A stretch of DNA of 48,234 bases from Betaproteobacteria bacterium (GCA_031427895.1 JANPOH010000542.1:1-48234), one strand, 5' to 3'. Numbered from the stretch's first letter, positions 34,365-45,070 are shown. Notes: generated by a model not told the origin, from the letters alone. A program made the numbers and translations.

Positions 34365-35635
34365 TGTCGCCGCGTGATCTGTTGCTGGGCAGCTTTCAGG
34401 CCGCGCTGTCGGCGGCCGATCCGCTGAAAATCGTCGGCGCACATTTGCCCAATCCGCCGAAGGGCCGCACCTTGGTGGTGGGCGCTGGCAAAGCGGCAGC
34501 GTCCATGGCGCTGGCCGTCGAGCAACGCTGGCCCGCGGATGCGCCACTCGATGGACTGGTCATCACGCGCTACCAGCACGGGCTGCTCACCAATCGCATC
34601 ATCGTGATCGAAGCAGGACATCCGGTGCCAGATGAGGCGGGCGAAAAAGCGGCGCGGGAAATCCTGCGGCGGGTAAAGGCGCTCACCGCACAGGATTTGC
34701 TACTGGTGCTGCTGTCGGGCGGCGGCTCCAGCCTGCTCACCGTGCCCGCCGATGGCATCACCATCGATGATATAAAGCATCTTACAAAACAACTACTTAT
34801 GTCAGGAGCACCGATCCAGGATATGAATGTGGTGCGTAAGCATCTGTCCGCGATTCAGGGCGGCAGGTTGGCGGCCGCTTGCCGCGCACCAGTAACAGCA
34901 TTGATTATTTCGGATGTCACGGGCGACGATCCAACACACATTGCGTCGGGTCCCTGTGCGCCTGACACCAGCACGTTTCAGGACGCACTTGATGTCATCA
35001 AACGCTTTCGCCTCGCGGCGCCCGCAGCCATTACCGCCCACCTCGCGCGCGGCGCGGCAGCGGAGATTCCTGAAACAGCCAAGCCGGGTGAACGGCTTTT
35101 TTCGCGCGTTGAAAACCGGGTGATTGCAACGGCGCATGCCTCGTTGCAGGCAGCGGCGGCGTTTTTTCAAACACACGGCATTCAGGCCGCGATTCTGGGC
35201 GACTCGGTCACTGGAGAAGCGCGTGAAACAGCCAAAGTCTACGGCGCACTGGCTCGCGAAGTGCGGAGGCACGGCGCACCGTGGCGCGCGCCGGTCGCAT
35301 TGATCTCCGGCGGAGAATGCACAGTCACGGTAAAAGGCCATGGGCGCGGCGGACGCTGCGCTGAGTTTCTGCTGTCGCTTGCGGTGGATATGCAAGGTGC
35401 CGAAAGCATCCACGCGCTGGCGTGCGACACCGACGGCATTGACGGCTCTGAAGACAACGCGGGCGCGGTACTCGCACCCGACACTTTGCAGCGCGCGGCG
35501 CAAAAGCAGATCAACGCACAAGCCATGCTCAATGACAACGACGGCTATGGTTTTTTTAATGCGCTCGGCGATCTGGTCATCACCGGCCCCACGCGCACCA
35601 ACGTCAACGATTACCGCGTGTTGCTCGTGCTGTAG
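34361..35635 (+). CDS. glycerate 2-kinase / hydroxypyruvate reductase-like (DUF4147 + MOFRL)
   Basis: ORF track (GTG 34361 or ATG 34364, overlapping the uvrA TGA). [65 protein letters not shown] and [10 protein letters not shown] fit the family. Confidence 0.85.
   Translation: MMSPRDLLLGSFQAALSAADPLKIVGAHLPNPPKGRTLVVGAGKAAASMALAVEQRWPADAPLDGLVITRYQHGLLTNRIIVIEAGHPVPDEAGEKAAREILRRVKALTAQDLLLVLLSGGGSSLLTVPADGITIDDIKHLTKQLLMSGAPIQDMNVVRKHLSAIQGGRLAAACRAPVTALIISDVTGDDPTHIASGPCAPDTSTFQDALDVIKRFRLAAPAAITAHLARGAAAEIPETAKPGERLFSRVENRVIATAHASLQAAAAFFQTHGIQAAILGDSVTGEARETAKVYGALAREVRRHGAPWRAPVALISGGECTVTVKGHGRGGRCAEFLLSLAVDMQGAESIHALACDTDGIDGSEDNAGAVLAPDTLQRAAQKQINAQAMLNDNDGYGFFNALGDLVITGPTRTNVNDYRVLLVL
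34784..34799 (-). repeat. possible degenerate AT-rich repeat copy inside a CDS
   Basis: Minus strand reads TAAGTAGTTGTTTTGT, 3 mismatches. It lies in a locally AT-rich patch that encodes the conserved [12 protein letters not shown] of glycerate kinase, so it may be coincidental. Confidence 0.3.
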
Positions 35636-35697
35636 GCGAAAGCCGTTCCATCCGTGGCGCATCAGCGCATCAGCGCCTCAATAGCCCGACTAGCGCG

Positions 35698-35732
35698 AAA
35701 AAAAGCCGGCTGGTACAAACCGCCGGCTTTTT
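35698..35732. terminator. bidirectional intrinsic terminator between glycerate kinase and rplQ
   Basis: AAAAAAAGCCGGC-TGGTACAAACC-GCCGGCTTTTT: GC stem flanked by an A-tract and a T-tract, so it reads as hairpin plus U-run on both strands. Lies between convergent genes ending at 35635 and 35753. Confidence 0.7.
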
Positions 35733-35752
35733 ACTTTTGCGGCAGCGGTTGT

Positions 35753-36163
35753 CTACACTGCGGCTTCTGCCTTCGCGCCCTGTTCAACCAGAACCGCACT
35801 GGCTTCCGGACGATCCACCAACTCGATAAAGGCCATTGGCGCGTTATCGCCTTTGCGGAATCCGAATTTCAGAATACGCAGATAACCCCCATTGCGCTTG
35901 GCGTAACGCGGGCCAATCTCCGCGAACAGCTTGGTCACATTATCGCGATCACGCAGGCGATTAAACGCCAACCGACGATTGGCAAGCGATGGCGATTTTC
36001 CGAGCGTGATGATGGGTTCGACAACACGACGTAATTCCTTGGCCTTGGGCAACGTTGTTTTGATTGCCTCGTGCTTGAGCAAAGAGTTCGCCATGTTACG
36101 CAGCATCGCCAAACGATGGCTGCTGGTGCGATTGAGCTTTCGTAATCCGTGACCGTGACGCAT
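35753..36163 (-). CDS. rplQ: 50S ribosomal protein L17
   Basis: ORF track. [50 protein letters not shown]...; last gene of the alpha operon. Confidence 0.95.
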   Translation of the reverse strand: MRHGHGLRKLNRTSSHRLAMLRNMANSLLKHEAIKTTLPKAKELRRVVEPIITLGKSPSLANRRLAFNRLRDRDNVTKLFAEIGPRYAKRNGGYLRILKFGFRKGDNAPMAFIELVDRPEASAVLVEQGAKAEAAV

Positions 36164-36165
36164 GA

Positions 36166-36181
36166 TAATTCCTTGTTTTTC
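36166..36181 (+). repeat. possible degenerate AT-rich repeat copy
   Basis: TAATTCCTTGTTTTTC, 12/16 match to the core, in the 30-nt rpoA-rplQ spacer, antisense to the operon. Confidence 0.3.
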
Positions 36182-36193
36182 TAGCGAGCCGAC

Positions 36194-37174
36194 TTAGAGC
36201 TTTTCCAGCCCGGCGGGCGGCCAGTTCTCCAGCTTCATGCCTAAAGTAAGGCCACGCGAAGCCAGAACTTCCTTGATTTCATTAAGCGACTTGCGGCCCA
36301 GATTGGGCGTCTTGAGCAGCTCGGTCTCCGAGCGCTGAATCAGATCGCCGATGTAATAGATGTTTTCGGCCTTCAGGCAATTCGCCGAGCGCACGGTAAG
36401 CTCCAGATCGTCCACGGGACGCAGCAACACCGGATCAACCTGGGTGGCGCGCTTCTCTTCGATCAGCGCCGGCGTGCCGGTGAGATCGGCGAATACCGAC
36501 AACTGCTCCACCATGATGCGTGCCGCGTACCGCACGGCTTCTTCAGGATCAATCGCGCCGTTGGTCTCGATATCCATGATGAGTTTGTCGAGATCGGTGC
36601 GCTGTTCAACACGCGCCGATTCCACCGAGTAGGTCACACGCCGCACTGGACTGAACGACGCATCCAGCAGTATGTTGCCTACGGTGCGCCCCTCTTCTTC
36701 CAGCGCCTTGCGGCTGGTCGCGGCAATATAACCGCGGCCTTTTTCGACTTTGATCTGCAATTCGATCTTGCCGCCCGCCGCGAGGCGCGCAATAACGTGA
36801 TCGGGGTTGATGATTTCCACATCGTGCATCGGCTCGATGTCGCCGGCGGTCACCAAACCTTCGCCGGACTTCTTGAGAACCAGCGTCGCCTCGTCGCGGT
36901 TGTGCAACTTAAGCACCACGCCTTTGAGGTTGAGCAAAATATCGACAACATCTTCCTGCACGCCATCAAGGGTTGAGTATTCGTGCAATACGCCGGAGAT
37001 GCTGACTTCGGTTGCCGCATAACCCGGCATGGACGATAGCAGCGTGCGCCGCAGTGCATTGCCCAAGGTATGGCCGTAGCCGCGCTCGAACGGCTCCATG
37101 GTGAGCCGTGCGTGATGCGTCGAAAGGTTCTGAACGTCGATGATACGAGGCCTCAGAAGTGCAGTGCTGGACAT
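36194..37174 (-). CDS. rpoA: DNA-directed RNA polymerase subunit alpha
   Basis: ORF track. ...[32 protein letters not shown]...[48 protein letters not shown]. Confidence 0.95.
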   Translation of the reverse strand: MSSTALLRPRIIDVQNLSTHHARLTMEPFERGYGHTLGNALRRTLLSSMPGYAATEVSISGVLHEYSTLDGVQEDVVDILLNLKGVVLKLHNRDEATLVLKKSGEGLVTAGDIEPMHDVEIINPDHVIARLAAGGKIELQIKVEKGRGYIAATSRKALEEEGRTVGNILLDASFSPVRRVTYSVESARVEQRTDLDKLIMDIETNGAIDPEEAVRYAARIMVEQLSVFADLTGTPALIEEKRATQVDPVLLRPVDDLELTVRSANCLKAENIYYIGDLIQRSETELLKTPNLGRKSLNEIKEVLASRGLTLGMKLENWPPAGLEKL

Positions 37175-37188
37175 AATAATGGCGCCCC

Positions 37189-37233
37189 TTCGGTAACTTC
37201 GGTAAATTCGGTAAATTCGCTAATGTCGCTAAT
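37189..37233. repeat. 9-bp tandem repeat, 5 units, in the rpsD-rpoA spacer
   Basis: Plus strand reads TTCGGTAAC TTCGGTAAA TTCGGTAAA TTCGCTAAT GTCGCTAAT, seen directly. It fills most of the 65-nt intergenic spacer. Confidence 0.85.
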
Positions 37234-37239
37234 GCGTGA

Positions 37240-37866
37240 TTACTTGGAGTAAAGCTCGACCACGAGCGATTCATTGATACTGGACGGTAGCTCCGAACGC
37301 TGTGGACGCGCCTTGAACGTGCCTTTCAACGCTTTGCCGTCGACTTCCAGCCACTCCGCGCGTCCACGCGACTCAGCCGCCTCGCTGGCCGCCTTGATAC
37401 GCAACTGCGCCTTGGATGCCTCGGCTACTTCAATCACGTCGCCGGGTTTGCACTGAAAGGACGGAATATTCACACGCTTGCCGTTCACGAGTATGGAGTT
37501 GTGACGCACGATCTGGCGCGCTTCGGTGCGCGAGGCGCCGAATCCCATGCGGAACGTCACGGTATCCAGGCGGCACTCAAGCAATTGCAGCAGCGCCTCG
37601 CCGGTCACGCCTTTGCTCGCCGATGCTTTCGCATAGAACAGCCGGAACTGGCGTTCGAGCATGCCGTAAATACGGCGGATTTTCTGCTTTTCGCGCAGTT
37701 GCACGCCATAGCCTGACAAGCGAGCCTGCTTCTGGCCGTGTTGTCCGGGCGGGTAATTGCGGCGCTCAATAGCGCACTTGTCGGTGAAACACTTTTCGCC
37801 CTTGAGGAACAACTTCTCGCCCTCACGGCGGCACTGCCTGCACTTCGCATCGAGATTCCTTGCCAC
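37240..37866 (-). CDS. rpsD: 30S ribosomal protein S4
   Basis: ORF track. [36 protein letters not shown]...[16 protein letters not shown]... Confidence 0.95.
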   Translation of the reverse strand: MARNLDAKCRQCRREGEKLFLKGEKCFTDKCAIERRNYPPGQHGQKQARLSGYGVQLREKQKIRRIYGMLERQFRLFYAKASASKGVTGEALLQLLECRLDTVTFRMGFGASRTEARQIVRHNSILVNGKRVNIPSFQCKPGDVIEVAEASKAQLRIKAASEAAESRGRAEWLEVDGKALKGTFKARPQRSELPSSINESLVVELYSK

Positions 37867-37878
37867 GGTGGGATCTCC

Positions 37879-38268
37879 TTAGACTCGTCTCTTTTTCGGA
37901 GGACGGCAGCCGTTATGCGGCACCGGCGTCACATCCGAAATACTGGTTATTTTAAAACCCACGGCATTCAGCGCCCGCACCGCGGATTCGCGACCCGGGC
38001 CGGGGCCCTTGATACGTACTTCCAAATTTTTTACGCCGCATTCCACCGCGAGCTTGCCGCACTGCTCTGCGGCGATCTGCGCGGCAAACGGCGTAGATTT
38101 GCGCGATCCCTTGAAGCCGTTGCTGCCGGACGTCGCCCACGCCAGCGCGTTGCCTTGCCGGTCGGTAATCGTCACGATCGTATTGTTGAATGACGCGTGT
38201 ACGTGGGCAATGCCCTCGGCGACATTCTTCTTGACCTTCTTGCGCACTCGCGTGCTTGCTTTTGCCAT
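37879..38268 (-). CDS. rpsK: 30S ribosomal protein S11
   Basis: ORF track. ...[46 protein letters not shown]...[18 protein letters not shown]. Confidence 0.95.
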   Translation of the reverse strand: MAKASTRVRKKVKKNVAEGIAHVHASFNNTIVTITDRQGNALAWATSGSNGFKGSRKSTPFAAQIAAEQCGKLAVECGVKNLEVRIKGPGPGRESAVRALNAVGFKITSISDVTPVPHNGCRPPKKRRV

Positions 38269-38307
38269 AGTGAATCGCTACCTCTGATAACGTAGACCGT
38301 TCCCGAC

Positions 38308-38685
38308 TTAAACCGTAGTACCCTTTTGCAACTTGACCGCCGCCTTGCGCGGCCCCTTGCGCGTGCGTGCATTGGTGCGTGTGCGCTGTCCGCGAACCGG
38401 CAAGCCGGCACGATGCCGCTTGCCGCGCCAAGTGCCCAGATCCATCAAGCGCTTGATGTTCATGGACACCTCACGGCGCAGGTCGCCTTCGGTCGCGACC
38501 TTCGCCACCTGCTCGCGCAGCTTGTCCATTTCCGTATCAGACAAGTCTTTCATCTTGCGCGTGGTCTCAATGCCCGCCGCCGTGCAAATCTTGCGCGCGC
38601 GGCTGCGACCGACACCGTAAATCGCGGTTAACGCGATTTCAGCATGCTGATGATTCGGAATATTAACGCCACCAATACGGGCCAT
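38308..38685 (-). CDS. rpsM: 30S ribosomal protein S13
   Basis: ORF track. [34 protein letters not shown]...RRLMDLG-type motif [35 protein letters not shown]. Confidence 0.95.
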   Translation of the reverse strand: MARIGGVNIPNHQHAEIALTAIYGVGRSRARKICTAAGIETTRKMKDLSDTEMDKLREQVAKVATEGDLRREVSMNIKRLMDLGTWRGKRHRAGLPVRGQRTRTNARTRKGPRKAAVKLQKGTTV

Positions 38686-38703
38686 GCGACGACTCCACTA
38701 ACC

Positions 38704-38719
38704 TAAGTATTTGTTTTTA
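38704..38719 (+). repeat. AT-rich dispersed repeat copy (core TAAGTATTTGTTTTTA)
   Basis: Exact 16-mer, followed by AACAAGAAAACCC. Occupies the 49-nt rpmJ-rpsM spacer, antisense to the operon. Confidence 0.9.
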
Positions 38720-38734
38720 AACAAGAAAACCCAA

Positions 38735-38848
38735 TTAACCCTGGCGCTGTTTATGCCGCGGATCCTTGCAGATCACGCGCACAACGCGCTTACGTTTCAC
38801 AACTTTGCAGTTGCGGCACATCCGCTTTACCGATGCCTGCACTTTCAT
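38735..38848 (-). CDS. rpmJ: 50S ribosomal protein L36
   Basis: Below the ORF-track cut-off. Manual translation gives [42 protein letters not shown] lies 7 nt upstream of the ATG. Confidence 0.9.
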   Translation of the reverse strand: MKVQASVKRMCRNCKVVKRKRVVRVICKDPRHKQRQG

Positions 38849-38884
38849 TTTCCGGCTCCTGATCTATCTAGTACTGCGTTTGCA

Positions 38885-39103
38885 TCACTTCGCGCGAAAC
38901 ACAATGCGCCCGCGCGTTAAATCGTAAGGCGTCAACTCCACTGTCACTTTGTCGCCAGGCAGAATGCGTATGTAGTGCATGTGCATCTTTCCGGAAATAC
39001 GACCCGCTACAACGTGGCCGTTCTCGAGCTTCACTATAAAGGTCGCATTCGGCAGGGTTTCTTCGATCTCCCCCTGCATCTGTATGGTTTCCTCTTTTGC
39101 CAT
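38885..39103 (-). CDS. infA: translation initiation factor IF-1
   Basis: Inside ORF 38885..39127; ATG at 39103 gives [72 protein letters not shown]. Confidence 0.95.
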   Translation of the reverse strand: MAKEETIQMQGEIEETLPNATFIVKLENGHVVAGRISGKMHMHYIRILPGDKVTVELTPYDLTRGRIVFRAK

Positions 39104-39104
39104 T

Positions 39105-40433
39105 CTAGCGCGTCGGGAACATTCCACCTTTGAAGTTGGCCTTCTTCAACAAACTCTCATACTGGTGAGACATTATGTAGGCTTGCACCTGCGCCATAAA
39201 ATCCATCGTCACCACCACAATAATCAGCAATGACGTACCGCCAAAATAAAACGGCACTTTCTTCCACACAATCAGCAATTCCGGCAACAGGCACACCAGC
39301 GTCACGTAAATCGCGCCAGCCAGCGTCAGGCGCAGCGTAATCTTTTCGATATGCCGCGCGGTCTGATCGCCCGGCCGTATACCCGGCACGAACGCGCCGC
39401 TTTTCTTGAGGTTGTCCGCGGTTTCCTTGGGGTTGAACACCAGCGCCGTGTAGAAAAAACAGAAGAAGATAATCGCCGACGCGTAGATCACCGTGTAAAT
39501 CGGCTGGCCGGGTTGCAGCGTTGAAGCGACATCCTTGACCCACGTCACCCCCGACGACGTACTGTCGCCGAACCAGCTCACGATGGTCGCCGGAAACAGA
39601 ATGATGGACGACGCAAAAATGGGCGGAATCACACCAGACATATTGAGCTTCAATGGCAAATGCGAACTTTGCCCGCCATATACTTTCCGGCCCACCTGCC
39701 GCTTGGCGTAGTTCACCAGTATCTTGCGCTGCCCCCGCTCCACGAAACAAACAAACGCCGTCACACCGATAACCAGCGTGCCAATAAACAACGCTACCGG
39801 AATTGACATGGCCCCCGTGCGCACGAGTTCAAGAGAGCCGCCCACCGCCGAGGGGAGACCCGCGGCAATACCGGCAAAAATGATCAGCGAAATGCCGTTG
39901 CCGATGCCGCGCTCGGTAATCTGCTCGCCCAGCCACATCAGGAACATGGTGCCGGTTGTCAGCGTCACCATCGCCGTCAGACGGAAGGCCAGTCCCGGAT
40001 CAAGCACCAGCCCGCGCTGGCTTTCTAGGCCAATCGCAATCGCTATGCTCTGAAACACGGCCAGCCCCGCGGTGCCATAGCGCGTGTACTGCGTAATCTT
40101 GCGGCGGCCCGACTCGCCTTCTTTTTTCAACGCTTCCAGCGTGGGCGACGCCACGGTCATCAACTGCATGATGATCGACGCCGAAATATACGGCATGATG
40201 CCTAACGCGAAAATCGAGAATCGCTCCAGCGCACCGCCGGAAAACATATTGAACATGTCGAGCACGCCGCCGCGTTGCTCTTTGAAAAGATCTGCGAGCA
40301 CCAACTGATCAATGCCCGGCACTGGAATAAATGATCCGATGCGGAACACGATCAACGCGCCGATCAAAAACAGGAGGCGACGTTTAAGGTCGCCCAGTTT
40401 TCCCGACGCCAGCATGGATTTATTAACAGCCAA
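39105..40433 (-). CDS. secY: preprotein translocase subunit SecY
   Basis: ORF track (TTG start; alternative ATG at 40415). [30 protein letters not shown]...; 10 TM helices. Confidence 0.95.
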   Translation of the reverse strand: MAVNKSMLASGKLGDLKRRLLFLIGALIVFRIGSFIPVPGIDQLVLADLFKEQRGGVLDMFNMFSGGALERFSIFALGIMPYISASIIMQLMTVASPTLEALKKEGESGRRKITQYTRYGTAGLAVFQSIAIAIGLESQRGLVLDPGLAFRLTAMVTLTTGTMFLMWLGEQITERGIGNGISLIIFAGIAAGLPSAVGGSLELVRTGAMSIPVALFIGTLVIGVTAFVCFVERGQRKILVNYAKRQVGRKVYGGQSSHLPLKLNMSGVIPPIFASSIILFPATIVSWFGDSTSSGVTWVKDVASTLQPGQPIYTVIYASAIIFFCFFYTALVFNPKETADNLKKSGAFVPGIRPGDQTARHIEKITLRLTLAGAIYVTLVCLLPELLIVWKKVPFYFGGTSLLIIVVVTMDFMAQVQAYIMSHQYESLLKKANFKGGMFPTR

Positions 40434-40470
40434 GATTAGGTCCTAAGTCCTATATCGCAATCAGAGACGG

Positions 40471-40926
40471 TCAAGCCTGAACTTTGGCTGCGGGCAGCTC
40501 TATGCTGCCGCCGACCTTTTCAATAGCGGCGCGCGCGCCCTTGGTCACGCCCAAGCCCTTCAACACGACTTTTCGCTCTATCGATCCCGCGAAAAAGACC
40601 TTGGCGCGGATCGCAGCGATTGGAGCAAGCCCCGCCTGCTTGAGTACCGCCAGATCAATAATGTCAGCGCTTAATTTCTGAATGTCACCCAAACGGACTT
40701 CTGCGGTGCTGCCCGCCATGGGCGACTGGAATCCACGCTTCGGCAGACGGCGATGCAGCGGCATCTGACCGCCCTCGAAACCGACCTTGTGATAGCCGCC
40801 GGCCCGCGCTTTTTGACCTTTATGGCCACGCCCGGCGGTTTTTCCCAATCCGCAACCCGTTCCGCGACCCACACGCTTCGAGGAGTGCTTGGAGCCAGAT
40901 GCCGGCTTAATCGTGTTCAATCGCAT
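40471..40926 (-). CDS. rplO: 50S ribosomal protein L15
   Basis: ORF track. [44 protein letters not shown]... Confidence 0.95.
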   Translation of the reverse strand: MRLNTIKPASGSKHSSKRVGRGTGCGLGKTAGRGHKGQKARAGGYHKVGFEGGQMPLHRRLPKRGFQSPMAGSTAEVRLGDIQKLSADIIDLAVLKQAGLAPIAAIRAKVFFAGSIERKVVLKGLGVTKGARAAIEKVGGSIELPAAKVQA

Positions 40927-40955
40927 GACAGATACCTTTACATTACCCGTGGAGA

Positions 40956-41141
40956 CTAGGCTCCAACCTTCACCAGATACGACACTTTGTTAATCATGCC
41001 GCGATTCTCCGGCGTATCAATGACTTCAACCGTGTGGTTGATACGACGCAATCCGAGGCCGCGCACGCACATGCGGTGATCGCCCTTGGTGCCGATCAAA
41101 CTTCTGATCAGCGTTACTTTTATTTTCTTGCCGTCGGCCAT
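40956..41141 (-). CDS. rpmD: 50S ribosomal protein L30
   Basis: Inside ORF 40956..41198; ATG at 41141 gives [61 protein letters not shown]. Confidence 0.95.
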   Translation of the reverse strand: MADGKKIKVTLIRSLIGTKGDHRMCVRGLGLRRINHTVEVIDTPENRGMINKVSYLVKVGA

Positions 41142-41154
41142 AAATTTCCCCGAG

Positions 41155-41682
41155 TTACCCCGTGACTTCTTCCACTGATTTGCCGCGCTTGGCGGCAATC
41201 TCGGAAGGGGTATTCATTCTTGTCAATCCGTCGATCGTGGCACGGACGACGTTATAAGGATTGGTCGACCCCAAGCACTTCGCCAGGATATTGGTCACGC
41301 CCATTACCTCCAGCACCGCACGCACCGGACCGCCGGCGATAATTCCCGTGCCTTCCGAGGCCGGCTGCATGAACACCTTTGCCGCACCATGACGACCAAT
41401 CACCGTATGTTGCAGGGTGCCGTTCTTCAACTGCACCTTGACCATCTTGCGACGCGCCTCTTCCATCGCCTTTTGCACTGCCACTGGAACTTCGCGAGAC
41501 TTGCCCTTGCCCATGCCTATACTGCCATCACCGTCACCCACCACGGTTAACGCAGCGAAGCCCATGATGCGACCACCCTTTACTACCTTGGTCACGCGAT
41601 TGATCGCCACCATTTTTTCACGCAGGCCATCGCCGCGCTCTTCATTGCCGGTCTGCATCTTGGATGCTTGCATCTTCGCCAT
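41155..41682 (-). CDS. rpsE: 30S ribosomal protein S5
   Basis: ORF track. ...[53 protein letters not shown]... Confidence 0.95.
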   Translation of the reverse strand: MAKMQASKMQTGNEERGDGLREKMVAINRVTKVVKGGRIMGFAALTVVGDGDGSIGMGKGKSREVPVAVQKAMEEARRKMVKVQLKNGTLQHTVIGRHGAAKVFMQPASEGTGIIAGGPVRAVLEVMGVTNILAKCLGSTNPYNVVRATIDGLTRMNTPSEIAAKRGKSVEEVTG

Positions 41683-41703
41683 GGGAGATTCCTAGTCCTG
41701 ATC

Positions 41704-42060
41704 CTAAAACTTGAGTCCGGCTTCACGCGCGGCTTCCGCCAGCGCCTTTACACGGCCATGAAAACGGTATCCTGAGCGGTCAAAGGCGACCGTTTCAACC
41801 CCCGCCTTTTTCGCCTTTTCAGCAATCAACTTTCCGACCACCGAAGCAGCCTTGACGTTCCCGCCGTTTTTCAACTCGGTACGCAAGGTTTTTTCCGCGG
41901 ACGACGCACTGGCGAGAACCTTGCCGCCGGAAGCATCGATGATCTGCGCGTAGATGTGCGTGTTCGAACGATTCACCGTGAGCCGAACCACTTTGAGCTC
42001 GGCTATCTTCGCGCGCGTCCGGCGCGAACGGCGCAAACGTGATTGTTTCTTTTCTATCAT
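41704..42060 (-). CDS. rplR: 50S ribosomal protein L18
   Basis: ORF track. ...[29 protein letters not shown]...[28 protein letters not shown]. Confidence 0.95.
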   Translation of the reverse strand: MIEKKQSRLRRSRRTRAKIAELKVVRLTVNRSNTHIYAQIIDASGGKVLASASSAEKTLRTELKNGGNVKAASVVGKLIAEKAKKAGVETVAFDRSGYRFHGRVKALAEAAREAGLKF

Positions 42061-42082
42061 GGCTTACTTGACTCCTGCCCGC

Positions 42083-42616
42083 CTACTTCTTCTTGGTCTC
42101 TTTGAGCACAATCTGCTCACCCACATAACGCACGCCCTTTCCCTTGTAGGGCTCGGGACTGCGATAGGCGCGAATATCCGCTGCGACCTGCCCCACCTGC
42201 TGACGGTCAGCACCTTTGATAATAATTTCCGTCTGCGTCGGCGTTTCCGCCTTGACACCCGCCGGCAACTGATGCACCACCGGGTGTGAAAAACCCAGTG
42301 TCAAGTTGAGCTTGTCGCCTTGCGCCTGCGCACGGTAGCCGACGCCCACCAGCGCGAGTTTTTTCTCAAACCCCTTCGACACGCCGGTCACCATATTCGA
42401 CACCAGCGAACGCATGGTGCCGGACATCGCGTTGGCCTGATTGGACGCGCCGTTAACCGTGAACTCAAGCCGGTTTTCGACGCGCGCCACCTGCACATCC
42501 TTGGATAATTTGCGCGACAATACCCCTAACGGCCCCTTGACGTAAATTTCCGTCGCGTTGAGCGTGACGTCCACTTTATCGGGGATGATCACGGGATTAT
42601 TTGCTACTCTGGACAT
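42083..42616 (-). CDS. rplF: 50S ribosomal protein L6
   Basis: ORF track. [31 protein letters not shown]...[24 protein letters not shown]...YKGKGVRY. Confidence 0.95.
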   Translation of the reverse strand: MSRVANNPVIIPDKVDVTLNATEIYVKGPLGVLSRKLSKDVQVARVENRLEFTVNGASNQANAMSGTMRSLVSNMVTGVSKGFEKKLALVGVGYRAQAQGDKLNLTLGFSHPVVHQLPAGVKAETPTQTEIIIKGADRQQVGQVAADIRAYRSPEPYKGKGVRYVGEQIVLKETKKK

Positions 42617-42634
42617 AAGATACTCCGTTTCCCG

Positions 42635-43030
42635 TTAGGCCACGATGCAAAGCACTTCACCACCGACGCCCATGCCGCGCGCCTTGCGATCAGTCATTAC
42701 ACCCTTGGACGTCGAGACTATCGCGACACCGAGCCCGTTCATCACAACTGGAATTTGCGTGCTCGGCTTGTAAATACGCAACCCCGGACGACTCACGCGC
42801 TCGATCTTCTCGATAACCGGGCGCCCGGCGTAATATTTAAGACCAATATCCAAGTGCGCCTTACCATCCTGATTGCGAATGGCGAAGTCCTCGATATAGC
42901 CTTCATCTTTGAGCACCTTGGCAATGGCCGCCTTCAGCTTGCTCATCGGCATCACTACCGATTGTTTTTCCGACTGCTGCGCATTACGAATGCGCGTAAG
43001 CATATCGGCGACCGGATCACTCATACTCAT
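42635..43030 (-). CDS. rpsH: 30S ribosomal protein S8
   Basis: ORF track. [49 protein letters not shown]... Confidence 0.95.
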   Translation of the reverse strand: MSMSDPVADMLTRIRNAQQSEKQSVVMPMSKLKAAIAKVLKDEGYIEDFAIRNQDGKAHLDIGLKYYAGRPVIEKIERVSRPGLRIYKPSTQIPVVMNGLGVAIVSTSKGVMTDRKARGMGVGGEVLCIVA

Positions 43031-43125
43031 GCAATCTTCTCCCGCTTCCTGGTATTAAATACGCACCAGCTATCCAAATTGCGTTTTACTTACGATTGAA
43101 TACTTACGTTGTTACGCCGTACCGT

Positions 43126-43431
43126 TTACCAGCTCGCTTTGATAATGCCGGGAATTTCCCCGCGCATCGCGATATCACGCAGCTTCCCGCGCGCCAGCCC
43201 AAACTTGCGAAACACCCCGCGCGGACGACCGGTCAGCGCGCACCGGTTACGCACCCGCACCGGACTCGAATTGCGCGGCAACTTTTGCAGCTTTAACCGC
43301 GCATCGTAACGCTCTTCCGGCGACAGCGACAGATTGTTCGCTGCGTCCTGCAGCGCTTTACGCTTACCCGCGAACTTCTTCACCGTTTCGCGGCGCTGTT
43401 CGTTGCGGTTAATCACTGATTTCTTTGCCAT
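43126..43431 (-). CDS. rpsN: 30S ribosomal protein S14 (long form)
   Basis: Inside ORF 43126..43506; ATG at 43431 gives [27 protein letters not shown]...[41 protein letters not shown]. Confidence 0.95.
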   Translation of the reverse strand: MAKKSVINRNEQRRETVKKFAGKRKALQDAANNLSLSPEERYDARLKLQKLPRNSSPVRVRNRCALTGRPRGVFRKFGLARGKLRDIAMRGEIPGIIKASW

Positions 43432-43453
43432 AAGATAAGACCCTCTGACTCTC

Positions 43454-44149
43454 TCAGTTCCGGAACGGAAATTTAAACGCGGCCAACAATGCCCTTGCCT
43501 CATCATCCGTCTTGGCCGTGGTTGAAATGGTGATGTTCATGCCGCGAATCGCATCGATCTTGTCATACTCGATCTCGGGAAAAATGATCTGCTCCTTGAC
43601 GCCCATGTTGTAATTACCCATGCCGTCGAAGCTGCGCGCGGAAATACCGCGAAAATCGCGAATACGCGGCATTGCCACGTTCACCAGCCGGTCAAGAAAA
43701 TCATACATGCGCGTGCCACGCATCGTGACCTTGCAGCCGATAGGATAGTTCTCACGAATCTTGAACGACGCAATCGCCTTGCGAGACTTTGTCACCAGCG
43801 GTTTCTGCCCGGCGATTTTGGTCATGTCCGCCACTGCGTTATCCATGATCTTTTTGTCCGCAACGGCTTCGCCAACGCCCATATTGAGAACGATCTTGTC
43901 GATACGCGGAACCTGCATCACCGATTTGTAACCAAACTTCTGCGTCAGATCCTTCACCACGGTATCGCGGTAGAAGGCGCCGAGGCGCGCGGGGCCCGCC
44001 GGCTTGGCACCGGGCCGAACAACCGGCCTGGACGCCCCAGAATCGTTGGCCGCAGACTTGGCCTTTTTCTCGCTGCGCGACTCACCCTTCGGCTCACCCT
44101 TGGGTTCGCGGGCAGGCTTCGCCTTCTTATCTTCTTTCTTTTCGCTCAT
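43454..44149 (-). CDS. rplE: 50S ribosomal protein L5 with a 52-aa Lys/Glu/Pro-rich N-terminal extension
   Basis: ORF track, 231 aa. The conserved L5 core starts at [42 protein letters not shown]. It is preceded in frame by [53 protein letters not shown]. The ATG overlaps the rplX stop (ATGA). No ATG, GTG or TTG is in frame near the canonical start position. Confidence 0.85.
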   Translation of the reverse strand: MSEKKEDKKAKPAREPKGEPKGESRSEKKAKSAANDSGASRPVVRPGAKPAGPARLGAFYRDTVVKDLTQKFGYKSVMQVPRIDKIVLNMGVGEAVADKKIMDNAVADMTKIAGQKPLVTKSRKAIASFKIRENYPIGCKVTMRGTRMYDFLDRLVNVAMPRIRDFRGISARSFDGMGNYNMGVKEQIIFPEIEYDKIDAIRGMNITISTTAKTDDEARALLAAFKFPFRN

Positions 44150-44460
44150 ACGTCCACCACTTCACCATTGGACTTGAAATACCGAACACGCTTACCGCCG
44201 TCGATTTCCTTGATGCCAACGCGATCCGATTTTTGCGTAGCCGGGTTGTACAAGGCGATATTCGAAACATGAAGCGGCATTTCCTTTTCGATAATGCCCC
44301 CGGTTGTATTCTTCGTCGGGTTCGGACGCTCGTGCTTCTTCACCCTGTTCACGCCCTCGACCAGCACGCGACTTTCGTCAACCCGCAGCACGGTTCCGCG
44401 CTTGCCTTTGTCGCGCCCAGTTATGACGATTACATCGTCGCCCTTCTTGATCTTCTTCAT
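44146..44460 (-). CDS. rplX: 50S ribosomal protein L24
   Basis: ORF track. [27 protein letters not shown]... Confidence 0.95.
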   Translation of the reverse strand: MKKIKKGDDVIVITGRDKGKRGTVLRVDESRVLVEGVNRVKKHERPNPTKNTTGGIIEKEMPLHVSNIALYNPATQKSDRVGIKEIDGGKRVRYFKSNGEVVDV

Positions 44461-44470
44461 ATCACGTTCC

Positions 44471-44839
44471 TCAAATAACTTCGGGGGCGAGTGACACGAT
44501 CTTCATGAAACGTTCGGTACGTAACTCGCGCGTCACCGGTCCGAATATGCGAGTCCCTATCGGCTCCAGCTTCGCATTGAGCAGCACCGCCGCATTAGAA
44601 TCAAATTTCACCAGCGAACCATCCGAACGGCGCACGCCCTTAGCCGTACGCACAACCACGGCGTCGTATACCTCGCCCTTTTTGACTCGGCCACGCGGCG
44701 CGGCATCGCGAATGCTGACCTTAATCAGGTCGCCAATACCTGCGTAACGCCGCTTTGAGCCGCCCAACACCTTGATGCACATGACAGCGCGAGCGCCGGT
44801 GTTGTCAGCAACGTCCAATACGGATTGCATCTGAATCAT
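44471..44839 (-). CDS. rplN: 50S ribosomal protein L14
   Basis: ORF track. [46 protein letters not shown]... Confidence 0.95.
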   Translation of the reverse strand: MIQMQSVLDVADNTGARAVMCIKVLGGSKRRYAGIGDLIKVSIRDAAPRGRVKKGEVYDAVVVRTAKGVRRSDGSLVKFDSNAAVLLNAKLEPIGTRIFGPVTRELRTERFMKIVSLAPEVI

Positions 44840-44991
44840 AGTTTGCTTCTCGCTTTAACTTCTTCCCCAACTTGATTCGCTTGCCGGTTGCCCGAAGCGC
44901 CGAATCAGTATTGAGGCCCGTAGGGGCTGATGCGCCTTGTGCTTTTATTCTGCGTGAAAATCAACAGAAAACAAGGCTATGTAAACCGCTA

Positions 44992-45020
44992 ATTATAACT
45001 GAACAATTCAATCCTGCAAA
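44992..45020 (-). promoter_or_regulatory. candidate sigma70 promoter of the spc operon
   Basis: Minus strand reads TTTGCA (45020-45015), a 17-nt spacer, then TATAAT (44997-44992). Lies in the 231-nt rpsQ-rplN spacer, where E. coli places the spc promoter. Pattern match only. Confidence 0.4.
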
Positions 45021-45070
45021 GCTAAATAACCAAATTACTAACCAGCGACCACCCAGCAACCAACCGTCAA

